NCBI GenBank assembly: GCA_964057225.1
Contig: OZ059896.1
Span: forward strand, 16,368,001 to 16,432,000
Reading direction: 5' to 3'
DNA: 64,000 nucleotides
Source of the DNA: Auanema rhodensis
Lineage: Eukaryota; Animalia; Nematoda
Both the position numbers and the translations under genes were made by a program. Under the pieces are notes generated by a model, which saw nothing but the letters and a program-made list of their open reading frames with translations, was not told the DNA's origin and did no database searches. Below, one piece after another: positions 51,469-64,000 of the stretch; positions within the stretch are counted from its first letter, which is position 1; each line of letters begins with the position of its first letter.

Positions 51469-53866
51469 ATCTCTCTCAATCTCTCTATCTTTCTATCTTT
51501 CTCAAACTTTTGATATTTAGTTCCTTTTGTTGATAACAATAAGAGTACATATAATATTCTGAAATGAATAACAAGAAAAATGGATAAATGAGATGAAAAA
51601 AAGATAAAAAGAGATCATCAAGATTACGAAATATGCTTGAAATTTTTTTGGACACTTTCCACATGCATATTGAGCTTAGAAAATATTGTATTCGAACATT
51701 TTTTTATTTAAAATAAATTGTTTATAAACATAATATATAAGAAAATGAAGTTAAGTACATTTCAATATCTAAATTATTATATTTCGATAGATCAAATTAT
51801 ATTTACTAAAAATCTTATACGCATATATGCATATCATAACTAACTTCAACTATTCAATATTTCTTTGATTTGTTAGAATAACTGAAGGGTTTTTAGTTTT
51901 TTCTTTCAAAAAACTGCCATAATAACATTAGTTAACTAGAAAGACCTGAAACCCTATCTCATAACATCACGGTAAGCTTCAAAGTTTTTTTCTCTTCTTT
52001 GAAACTTCCTTTCAATTTTTTGTTTGGACCATTTGCATTGTTAATGAAAGCTTTTTTATATGATCTTAAGTGTTTTCAGCAATTTTAAAAAAAGAGTCAT
52101 TAAATAGAAAGTTTAATGTTAATTTAGAAGAAAAGGAATAACTCTAACTATGTTCAATATCTTAGAATATCATGTTACACTATCTTTTAATAGACATCTT
52201 ATGAAAGACATAAGGATAAGACATTTAAAATAGTTTTTGATTATAATCGATGTGATGAGAAGTTAAGAGAGAGAGAGAACCAAGTATGGTTAAGAACCCA
52301 ATTTGTACCCTCAGGCAATGTTTTTTTCCTCCAATGTTATTGATCTCTTTCACATCCATCTGGTCTCCTGTTTCATTTTTCCTTAAAAAATGTTATAATA
52401 ACGACTATTTGTTATCATATTCTTTAACTGAAAATATATATTAAAAAAATAGAATTGTGATGACCACATCAACATTCTTCAAAATTTTTAAACAAATTTA
52501 AATATTTGAACATATAAAATGGCGGCAAAAATAGATTTCACTCAGAAAAGGAAGAAGATATATTTATATATATCTACTTAGAAAGTATATATTTACATAT
52601 ATATTATTATAATATTTAATATAAAATAAATTGATGTAACCATAGAGCTTTTGAGCTCATTTGCTTTCTTCTCCCTAAGTTCCCGAAAGCTTCATTGCTC
52701 TTCCTGTTGTCCTCTGCTCCACTTTCATTTCAGCTTTTTTGTGCTCAAAAACCGTCTTTGCTCATCTCATTTCACCAATTTTCCAATCATTTCCTCCTGT
52801 ATGTATAGAAGGGGAAGAAAAATCTTTATTTTTCTATTTTTCAACTGTTTCTTTCATAGCAATATCAGCCATTTTCTGAAACAAAGCTTAGATTATATCC
52901 TATATATGCTTGAAAATGTCTTTGCTCTCAACTTATATTGTTCGATGATGAATAGGAAAAAAAGATCTGAAAGCTACTTCAAGTGCTCATTTCCATTCTA
53001 TTGGTCAGTCGAGCGTGCAAGTACGTAAGCTGATAGCCACAGCTTATGTCATCCTCATCTCATGCAACTCGGAACTTGGTAAGCTCATACGACGAGAAGG
53101 CAGCAACCATGCAATACAAGTGATCATCTGCGTCTTGTTCATTTTCATCTGCTCCACCTTCTTCATCTGGTCCTCGGCCTCCTCTTCAATACCACTTTCT
53201 TTGTTTTTTTTCTGGTTGCAAAAACATTTTTCTCTTAGAATTTTGATATATTCTTGTGTTTTTCATCATTTGAACAGCAGAATAATTGAAAATAATAATT
53301 TGAATTATTACTTATAATATGACGAATGAATAGATAAAAAGCCAATTATTGAAAGTAAACATAGTTTGAAGTTTGAGTAATAATCGTTGCTCTTACTCAG
53401 TTTTTAGGAACAATTTCTATTTTTTTCATTAATCATAACCCCCCCCCCCACTCATCTCTTTCTTAAGCTTTAGGACTATATAATTACTGTATATATATAG
53501 TTATTTTTAAAATATAATAGATATATCTATCTAAATTTACAAAAAATATGAAGAATTCTAGTGTTGTCATCTAATTTTTTTGTGAAACAAGATATATAAT
53601 GTATTCAATTTGCAGTTCCATTTCTGATTTTATAAAAAATATCCAAAATGGATTCATGAAGCTACATATTCAGTCAATATTTCTTCTTTTTAATTCCGCG
53701 CCTTTTCTCTTTCTCTCTAGCATTCTCCATTTGCTTTTGTATGAAAAATGCTTTTTGCCTGAGGATTTGATGTTAAAAACATAAAAATCTGAAACAAAAA
53801 TTTAAATTTAAAAAAAGAAAATCACTAATGTGATAGTTTGAATGAACCAAAGTGTTCTGAGAGAGA

Positions 53867-53932
<66 letters not shown>

Positions 53933-54813
53933 ATGACGAGGAACTCAAACAAAGACCCACACATGAAACAGAAGTATATGATCGTGAACGATGAATATGG
54001 TCTTCATTCTCTCATTCTCTCTCTATCTTCAGAACACTTTGGTTCATTCAAACTATCACATTAATGATTTTTTTTTGTTTTAAACAAGATGATTCATTCA
54101 GTGTCAGCATTGGCTTTCTATGTTTTCTTTTATTTATTTTCAAATATATCTTTATTCTGAAACCTATTATATGTCGAGGTATGGGAGGCTAAGTAATAAC
54201 AAAAATATACAAAAAAGAGAAAAAGGATAGAGAGAGAGGGAGAGAAAGAGAGAGAGAATTGAGATTGAGAGAGAAAGTAAAGCACATAGATAAAAGAAGA
54301 TGTCACAAAAGAATAATATGTTATAATCATGTCCACAAGAAGTATTTGAGCAAATAAAGTTTTATGAAATCATTCAAGCATATTTTATTCATTTTTTTTT
54401 AAATAAAAAAACCTTTGTATTATAAAATAATATTAATAATCATATTATTATGAGATTTATTTATTATCTTTATTTGGATAAAGCTTAACTTTCCTCAAGT
54501 TTATGCTTAAACTATTATTTAATACTTTAAAACTTTTTTCAATCAAATTGAATGAACTAGACGGAACATTATAATTTTGAAAATGAAATTTTCAAAGCCT
54601 CATCACGTCATTCAAAGCAAGCATTTGCTCCTATCACTTGACCTATAGACTTCAAAACCTAAAGCCTATTCTCAAAATTGGGATCTGAATGTATACATAG
54701 GTAAGTGAAATTGCCTTTTCTCATTTTTTTTCTTCTGAACATGATTGGCCCTTTTTCCTTTTTTTCAACCATGGAATCAGTGTATTTTATTTCCCCCCAA
54801 TTTTTTGTATCCT

Positions 54814-54877
<64 letters not shown>

Positions 54878-55916
54878 ATCTATATATTTCTTATGTTCAT
54901 CCTCCCTTTCTTTCTTAGTCTGTAGGTAGTTCAAATAAATATGCTGATGTTCAATCTTAAACGCTGTCAAGTTGCTTTTGATGGATTAAACATAGTATGT
55001 GGCAAAAGTTCAAACTATTCTCAGTAAGCACAGGAATAGCAAAAATTTATCCATTTCTATCTTCTCCTGTCTATCATACTTCCTCTGATGGAACCATGAA
55101 TATGAAGTACGGTGGCACTTCTCTATTCCAAAATCTTCTTTTTTCCCTTTTTGCTTTTTATTGTTTTCGTCTTTCGCCATTCAAAGTTTAAATAGCAATC
55201 AGTATTAGCTTCCGCATAGTAGTAACATTGAATATGTGTTTGAATTCAAATTTCACTTGTATTCCGAAACATTCAAAAATCAAAATTTTATGAATGATTA
55301 TTGAATTCATAGTTTCCCATACATATGTATTGTATTTGAAGAGTTCTGAATCTTAACACTTCATCACGATGCAAAATAGTTTGAAGGGGAACTTCTATCT
55401 TTTTTGAAAAAAACATGGAAACAACATAGATACATAGATACATATTTGAATATATGTATTTATTACATAAATAAACGATTAATTATAAGAAAAAAAAATT
55501 TATTATATTTCAAATTTTCCCCTTTTTTTTCCTTTTATCCCATCTAACCTCTCTATCTTATCTCTCCCTCTCTCTTTCTCTTTTTTTAAACTTTGATTAA
55601 ACCATTATCTTTCTTCTTATATATTATATAAATCTTTATTTATTCTATATTTTAACCACTTTTTCTTTTTTACAAATAAACTGACTTAACTTTATCTTTA
55701 TTCACTTCTTTCTTTTTCCTCTGAAAATCCTCTTTATGACTATGTTGTTGCAAATTTTGTTACTCAACTTTTGTGGTAGTTTCTTTATGGACTTCACTTA
55801 CAATTTTATAATGAAAAGTTTGAATTTCAATCATTTTCAGTAATCTGTTGAAGATATTAGAAAGCAATTAAAGCTATACAAGAGGGAGAGAAAGAGAAAG
55901 AAAGAGAGATCGAGTA

Positions 55917-55976
<60 letters not shown>

Positions 55977-56987
55977 GAGAGAAGGAGAGAAATATAAAAA
56001 GATATAATTCCATATGATTTATCAACTCAAATAATATAATTTTTTCTTAATTCTCACAATTTAATTTCCTCGATTCATTAATGATCGTGTTGCACATGAT
56101 TTTGAAGCTCTAAGTGTATGTTCTGATTACTATTAATGGCATCTGCTGATGTTATTCCTGCAGATATAAATGGGATATTTGGTCTGTTAAATCTGATAGT
56201 TGATCAGAATCTTTTTTGATCAGGGAAGTGTATATATGAGATGTTTCAATTTTATATTGAGTATAACATTGGTAGTTCAGTAGTAACTATACATATACTT
56301 TAATCTTATTTCAAGCTTTAAGAATTATATTCAATTTAAAAACCTATTTTCATCCTTTTTTAAATGATGAAAAAAGTTCTTATTTCGCTTTTGAAAATTA
56401 TGTTTGAAGGATCGACAATGTGCTGCAAATGCATAAACTTACTAGTGGTTACCTATTGTCTTCTTGTAGAGGGGAAGTTAATTTCTTGATTCGTAAACGT
56501 ATTGAAAGAAGAAAAATAAGTTTTTCTTTCAATAGCTAAGGAAGTTTGTCCAAAATCCTCAACAATGTTGCATCTTATTTCAATTCATCGGCCGCTAAAC
56601 TCACCCCTCTCCTGCTTGTTAATATTAGGTTGTAATGACCTTTTCTTCCTTTGCAACTTACAACTCATGTCCTAAATCAGACAAAAAGGTCGAAAAAGTC
56701 GAAGTATTTCTTTTAAGGAATATTTAAAAAAAAATGTTTTTTCTTCTTCAACACTAGTGTAAATTTGCAGCGAGAGTACAACTTTTAGATTTTCATTCTG
56801 GCCCATCTGTTCAGACCTTCGGAACATTTATCTGCACTTCTCTTGTTAACCTGATTAGTACTTTAGCCGAATTACGGGGAAAAGCACGTGAAATTACTCT
56901 TCAATGCTAATTTTGAGGAAAATGGCTTTTTCATTTAACAGTACTTACATGCTTGTAGAACGGTTGTATCGCTTGCTCTTCACGAGC

Positions 56988-57018
<31 letters not shown>

Positions 57019-58069
57019 ATTCATATTTTTCATTGTCCCTTCATTTTCACTTTTTTCATTCTCTTCTTCTTTCTATCAACATCATACTTTTCTTTATTTT
57101 TTATATAATTTTCTTATTTCTTAATGTTTTTCCTTTTATACAAAATGTCTTCTTCTATCTTTTTTTGGATTGAATTTCCCTTTTACAACTTCTTTTTTCT
57201 TTTCAGATTTTTTTTTGCAAAAATCTAAGCTATGATCAAATATAAATTTAAAGAATCTTTTTTGTTAATGGAAATGAACAACACTCTTTGAAACCCAAAA
57301 TTCATGATGTTCCTCTCGCTTTCGTTCACTTTTCATGTTCACATTCAGAATTGCTTCTTACTCTCTTTTCAGTTTGAGAAACCAATTTGTCTTGAAAGTA
57401 TGAGAAAAAAAGAAGATAATCTTCATGATTTTCTCGTCTTGGGGGCCAAACTTGACAAACGTTTATCGTTTTTGTTCATTTTTGTGTTCTAATATATCAC
57501 ATGAATCTTCTTCTTCCTTTTCGTTTTTACTTTAATTCTACTCTTTCTACTTTTCTTCATAAAAAAAGGTTTAAGAGATCTTCTCTGGAATATATAAATC
57601 TATTTTTGGGTAGAATTTATTCTTATAATCAGCTTTTTTATACTTTTTTTTTACAAATAAATCGTATACGCTGCATTATAGCTTATAGAGATTGAGGAGC
57701 ATGAAGTCCATACTCACATATACAGCTGACTTTCCTTCTAACAACTCCAGATGGATTTAGATCACAAATACACGCACATGATCTCAAAAATGTGAAATAA
57801 ATGCATAGCGTTTTTCAGTTTTCATCATTTTGGATAGTTTATAACAACTAACTGTTTGGTCTCATCTCGTCAGTACATTTAAGTCATGCCATTCATATTC
57901 TTCTCTTCTTTGATCCTCCTTCATTACCACTGCTTTGCAGAAGCAAACCGAAAGTAGATCCATAGACAGCAATACTTGAATGTCAGTAAACTAAAAGCTT
58001 TGCTACTCATCATCATGTTGCATGATATGAACATTTGTTTGTGAAAGTTGTAGTCGTCATCTCTCTTTC

Positions 58070-58117
<48 letters not shown>

Positions 58118-59486
58118 TCTCTCTCTCTCTCTCTCTTTCTTTTTCTTTCTTTTATCAAACATACATAGAAATAAATAGCATTTTGTCTTATTTAAAATTA
58201 GAAGGATTACAATAAAAAGTATTTTATGGATTCTTTATCAAATATTCTATCAAATATTATTTTTAAAATTGATTTTTATTCTTGAAATCTTAAAAATTCT
58301 ATTTTATTACACATAATAAATAATTAATAAATATTTTTTTATAAAAGAAAATGAATAAAATTTTAATTTTATATCTTAGAAATAGACGATAAACTGATAT
58401 TTTATTTAAAAATTGAATTTATTATTCCATGTTCCTCACCTTTTATTTTATAAATTGTTGATCTGTATTAGTAATTTCATTATTGCAAAATGAAAATTTG
58501 AAATTCAAAAAGAAAATATTAAATAATGAGTTGTTCTCAGGTTTTCTTCTATATTTTGCTTTGCTCAGCAGTAGTAGCAGCATTCCTAGCAATGGCCATA
58601 TCCTCGTAAGCTTTTCTATCTATTATCGCCAAGAAATACCTCAAATATTATTTTTTTTTGTCCATATTATTTCTGTTTTTCATCTTTTTTTTTCAATTTT
58701 TATCTCATTTTTGGACTGAAACCAAGATAGATGTTCTAAGAACTTTTGACTTCATTGAATATGTGATGACTCTCGAGAGTCTGATACATCTGGTCGTCAT
58801 CATACTTGTCTTCTTCGTACATGCTCTTTCACGTCGATGTCCTTGTCCACATCAAGCTTCAACTATTCTTAAAGTTTTTGATTGACAGACTGGATTGAAG
58901 GTACATGAAAATCTCTCATAACTTCCTTTTTCATGTCCAGCTCGTCCAGAAAAATCATTAAAAAAATGCCGCACTAGCTATTGAATAGATGAAAAAGTCT
59001 GATACAAACCCGAAATAAGATAGAGAAAGACATTTTCAAAAATATCAATATAACAAGTTTGAAACTTCATCTTCAAATATCTGAGAGCTCATCTACTTCG
59101 TCTTATTTTTTTTTCTGAATATCATCATGGGTTAGTCTTCCCAAAACTGTTCCCTGAGGCATAGTTTTTTAATTCTCAAATACATAGCTCGGGCACAACA
59201 TTCCACTCTTTTCCTATCATAAAACGTTTCAAACTTCTAATTTTGCTTTTTGATCCCTATCGTTTCTAAATTGGTTTATAAGCCTTATGTAAGCATCTAT
59301 TGTCATATATTGTATTTTCCCTCTTTTTTCTTTTTATCCTTCTTGGCTATTTTTTTTCTGTTTTGATCACAAAAAAAGGTAATTATATCAATTTTCAAAA
59401 GTAATGCAGACCTTTAGTTATTCTGCTCTGAAATAACTTATTTCTAAATATTTTTATTTATTTTTCTGAATTTTCAACTTTATTTT

Positions 59487-59543
<57 letters not shown>

Positions 59544-62210
59544 TTCTTCTCCTTTTCTCTAGTTTCTCTTTATATTTCCCACATATGATTTTACCAAAAG
59601 AACTTTTTTTTTCAGCTATAAATCCATTTATATTTTACCACCGCAATTTTTTCAAAAAAAAAGTTTTTATTTTTATTTTTTAAATTATTCTTTATGATCT
59701 TTTACATTAATATAACTTTTTTTTGCGTGGAAGCCAATTAGCTAATCAACACTATCGTCTGAAACTCATTAAGATCTTTACATTTTCGTGAAAATAACCC
59801 AAAAACCAAAATTTTCTATTTCCTTGTTAAACATATCAAGTATTGTCAGCCGTTCTCTTAATTTGCTCATTGTAATTAGATAAAGAGAAAAGAAAAAATT
59901 GGTTTACATACTCTTTAGTTTTAAGAAAAAAAAAGAGGAAAATGAGAAGAACAATATGGAAAAAGCTACATTTGCTTGTTGTTAATCAAAAAAAAATTAA
60001 ATAAATTAAACAGAAGAAATATTCATTTTTTTACTTTCCCTATCTTTTTCAGTTTTCTCAATATTCTAAGCATTTTTGCTCTTCACGTTTCATCAAAATC
60101 TCCCCTCCTCTTGTCTAGTTTTCTCTCTTTTCCTCATAATTCTTACTTGGAATCATAGCTCCTGTCAGAAAGATAGTTGAGAAGAGATTAAGAATGCTAA
60201 AGAAAGAAAAAAAATTTAAAAGAGACTATTTTCGTTAACCAATGAATTAAAAATCTTTTTTCAGATCGTAAATCAACTCAAAATAAACCTAATGCTTTTT
60301 CTTTTCAGTAATCTTTTCTTGATTATTGTCTTCATCTTCTTTTTTTTCTCAAAAACAGCTATAAAACTTGCAACTTGCCGCTAATCATGATTTTGAAACA
60401 ATGGAAATGGAAACACAAATTCAATGTGAGACTATTTTGATATAATACTTTATAGAGATGAAAATATCAAACTACATAAATTAATATATAATATATAATA
60501 TATAATAATAATAATAAAATATAATTTCTCTTATTATACATTTTATTCATTAAATTCTTCTTCACATGTATGTTACACGTTTCAAACATATATAGAAATA
60601 AAAGTAGATTAAAGTGATATAGTTAGATTGAAGAAGGAAAAGAAAAAAAAAGATATAAGATTATGGTAAAATATAATTTTTGTTCTATTTTTATTGAATA
60701 TGTTGCTCTCTTGATGATTGAATTGTTTTATTGTTATTACCTTATATTTTGATTTAAGAAGATTATATTCGTAAAACATATGAACTTTTCTGAAAATTTT
60801 GGAGTGCAATGTATTTAATCTTCAACTGATTAGCTAATTGTGTATTTTGGTGTTTGTATGAAAGACGTAAGAGGGAAAACGAATAAGAGAGAGAGAGAGA
60901 GAGAGGGAAAATGCTGAAGAAAGAAGGGGGGTTGGGAAGCTTGGAAACAGATCTCGAAAGGTACTTAATTCAATCCAATCATGTACTATTGTAGCTAAAT
61001 GAACTTTTTTTTCATTAGTCTTTCAAGGTTTTTTGGTTGTAACTTGTTGATTATATGATATAATAACTAATATTATATATTAGTTTATATTTTCAAATGA
61101 GATGAACACATATTAGTTTCCAGTTGTTCTGGATACTTGCTTGGTAGTTTTTGCAAAAAAAAAAGTATTTTTCGGATATAATCAACAAAATTGCAGATAG
61201 TTCCAAATTAGCGTAAAATAGAGAAAGAAAAAGAGAAAAGATAAAGGGATATGCATCTATATAGAGAGGGAGTGAGGAGTTTTCGATTAAATTGTCATGA
61301 TGAAACCATGAAATGTGTTCATAGGACCACAACTCCTATTCTCCCTTACTTTCTCTTTCATTATCTTCTTCCTGGTTCACAATTCCCTCATTCTAACTTT
61401 TTCTCTGACCCCTCTCCTTTCCTATACTCTCTCTCTCTATCTCCAAGTTATTCTTAGTGTTTCGCCTGTCCAAAACTCTTCAAACGAGCCTCAATATGGT
61501 TTTCTGGGTTCATGTCTCTAAGCACATGTCTCTGATGATAGCCGCCACATCACTCCTCCTTCTATCTGCCTATCTAGTCAGAGTTTTTACTTCCTCTCTC
61601 CCCACATGGCCCTATCCAGGCAGCTAGAGGCTTACAACTCTGAACCCATCGGTTTCATCACGACAACAAACATTAAGAAAACGAGACATTTCCCTGTTTT
61701 CCGATCTTGTAGTTGGTAAGAAACGGATTGTTTGTAACAAAAAAAAACGTGCCAAGTCTGCTAACGTGCAGATGATAGAATCAACTTCAGTCTGAATTTC
61801 TCATATACCTCCACCACATAGATAGTGAGTAGTTTTGTTCGTTTGGGCCTATTTTTTCATTAAAAAAACGAAATTGCCAAATCATCTTTTATCGTTAATT
61901 CTCTTGGAAAATAGAAAAAAAATGTTTTATCGTTTTCTCTTCTGATGATCATGACAATGGTGATGATGATCATCATCTTCTTCAACTTCTTCTGCTTTTA
62001 CTATGCTCGTTTGCAAATGGTCAATGTCTTTTTCATCATCCTCCTTTTCATTATTCTATTCATTGAGAACAAATTGAAGTGATTATATAGATGAAAACTA
62101 AGAAAAAGCTTTTATTTCTTTTTTCTTCACTTTCTTCTTAACTCTTGTCTCTTTAGTTTTTGACTAAAAATTCTCTTTAATCTGTATATTTGTTCCTTTT
62201 TGCCAATCTA

Positions 62211-62253
<43 letters not shown>

Positions 62254-62272
62254 TCTCTCCCTCTCTTTCTCT
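51415..62272. repeat. Dispersed (CT)n/(AG)n microsatellites across the distal gene desert (~51430, 53860, 54820, 55920, 56990, 58060, 59495, 60890, 62215)
   Basis: Direct reading; they generate the spurious poly-SL ORFs in the track. Confidence 0.9.
53818..54071. repeat. 43-bp inverted repeat (42/43 match) flanking an (AG)n tract; MITE-like/foldback
   Basis: Arm 1 53818-53860 AAAATCACTAATGTGATAGTTTGAATGAACCAAAGTGTTCTGA; arm 2 54029-54071 is its reverse complement with one mismatch. Confidence 0.9.
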
Positions 62273-64000
62273 ATAGTCATTCAATTTTTTTTTCAAAATA
62301 GATTTATCCCTGGCATTGTTTCAACACCAATCTAAAGCTTTTTTTTTCATTTATGCCTTATCACATTTCCCATTTGAAACATCGAATTGGAACAGCAATT
62401 TCTAAAATGAAATCTGAGAAGCTATTCAATCTCAACTCAATTTTCTACTTTTTCTTCTCTCTCCTTCGTCTCCATCTTTTATTTTTTTCTCTTTTACCTA
62501 TTTCAATCAAGTATACACACATCTTATTAAAAACTCAAAATTTATGCACCTCCAAGATAATCCACGAGAAAAAGAAAATCTTTTTCAACTTTTTCCCTTT
62601 AAAATGGAAATTATTTTTGAATTCTGAGTTGTAGCTGCTGTTATCCTATTAGAAGTAGGCATATACAACGTATGTATCTCATCACATAGTGAAGGAAAGA
62701 AGAATCTAAAACCTATTTGTTTTCTTACAATCTAGCCATGTATTGTTCTTAAATTTTCAATGATATAGCTTACGAAGAAGTTTGTTCATGGAGGAGTGTA
62801 AGAAAAAATGCAAAGTTGCCAAGATTAGACCAGAAACATTACCTTGAAACTGAAAAATTCCGAAAAAAAAATTTTTTCACCTACTCACTTGCGTCCACCT
62901 CTTCTCGCATTCACTTTCACGCTTTGCTAAACTCCCTCGCATTTTCTATTCATGTTTTGCATAATCCAGCTACATCACGATTTCAGGTTGTAATAATTTT
63001 TATTTTAAATTATTTATATAATTTATCATTAAGTATATGCTTAATGAATATCTTATAATACTAGACAGACGTTTTTTTCCATTTTCTTTCACTGTAATAT
63101 AGTCACCATAGTAGTCACTATATAGTATAATACTTCTACAGATCATGTACCTTCTTCTATCAGTTACAATGTTCAAAATAATAAATTCAGCTGTCTTGAA
63201 TCTTATAACCATTGACAGAGCTAGTCAATCAATCTATTATATGAAGTTTGATAACATGTCATATCATGCATGTATATAAGCTATTTCTTAAAAGTAGGGG
63301 AAGACGAAGAAAAAAAAAGTTGAAAATCATTTTCATCTCTTGGAATGCAATTTCATCATTCTATCTATCTACATCTATTTTACTTTTCAACATTGTGTTT
63401 CAAGAAAGAACATAGAGAGGCCAACTTTCATCGAAGCAACAGCTTAAAGCATGATTCCTCTTGTTTTCTTTTGTTTTTCTGTTATGTAACTATTATCAAG
63501 TCAGCTAAAGCGGTTCGTATTCCCTATTACACTGCTTTAGCTATTCTAGGCAAGTTTGTGTTGTTTCAAAGTTTAAGCATGTGGAAGAAGAGATATTGAA
63601 TGAGGATGTAAACGCATATAGATAGACAACAGAAATACTCAAATATGAAAGTTGTAAAACAGGAAAAAAGGGAGAAATAGTCAGGGGGGTAGCCTAATTT
63701 GGTAGAACATGTTGCTCATGTTCCTAGCAGGCAATATAATTTCATCAGTTATCGTCAAGCTTTCACTGTTCTTGCTCGTTTGTGCTTTCATTATCAGCTT
63801 TGTTGTATCTCTATAACAGCAGATTTGGTATGTAATATTAGTTATGAGTGTTATCTGAACATGATTCGAATATGAACTTGTGAGCTTGTGTGCTGTTTGA
63901 TTTAAGATTGAAATTTTATTCATATTTGAATTGAAAAATAAAGTTCAGAGAGAAAAGATTAGAAAGACGTTGCTTTCAGGAAATAGTGAATGTTTTGATT

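Noticed and set aside
52201-52225. TGAAAGACAT (miR-71 5' end)
   Set aside because: 3' part does not match and there is no convincing precursor hairpin.
57755-57790. TGAGATCAT (bantam/miR-80 family 5' end) on the minus strand
   Set aside because: No complementary 5p arm at the expected distance.
1-64000. CRISPR arrays, tRNA/rRNA genes, prokaryotic operons or horizontally acquired bacterial DNA
   Set aside because: None seen; all recognisable genes are intron-containing nematode genes.

Overview
AT-rich eukaryotic genomic DNA from a rhabditid (clade V-like) nematode, probably not C. elegans itself. Evidence: many ~40-60 nt GT-AG introns, trans-splice-type acceptors before ATGs, and relaxed TTTAG/TATAG/AAG acceptors. 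The single-exon ORF track only catches fragments, so gene models were spliced by hand. Order: innexin inx-6 (+, 252-4080); decayed LINE fragments (4.5-7.1 kb); a 5'-incomplete extracellular protein with two MAM-like domains and three defensin-like 6-Cys repeats (+, 7684-10363); prmt-9 (-, 10533-13694) head-to-head with a BICRA/GLTSCR1 (mig-38-like) gene (+, 14319-18873); rps-11 (+); and a probable operon ccar-1 > cfp-1 > pmm-2 (+, 21145-30215). Then ~8 kb of TE relics (LINE RT, hAT), the ephrin vab-2/efn-1 (+, 38676-46992) with a decayed antisense Bel/Pao LTR element filling its 7.4 kb first intron, a candidate 73-aa orphan gene (-, 49735-50042), and a 14 kb microsatellite-rich gene desert with one 43-bp inverted repeat. 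The best lead is a splicing-control module in ccar-1: alternative acceptors that create a TGA at the junction, and a downstream intron whose best-matching in-frame donor is non-canonical (AAG|GAAAGT), competing with an out-of-frame GC donor and carrying RBFOX-type elements. Homology calls come from recognised motifs, not database searches.
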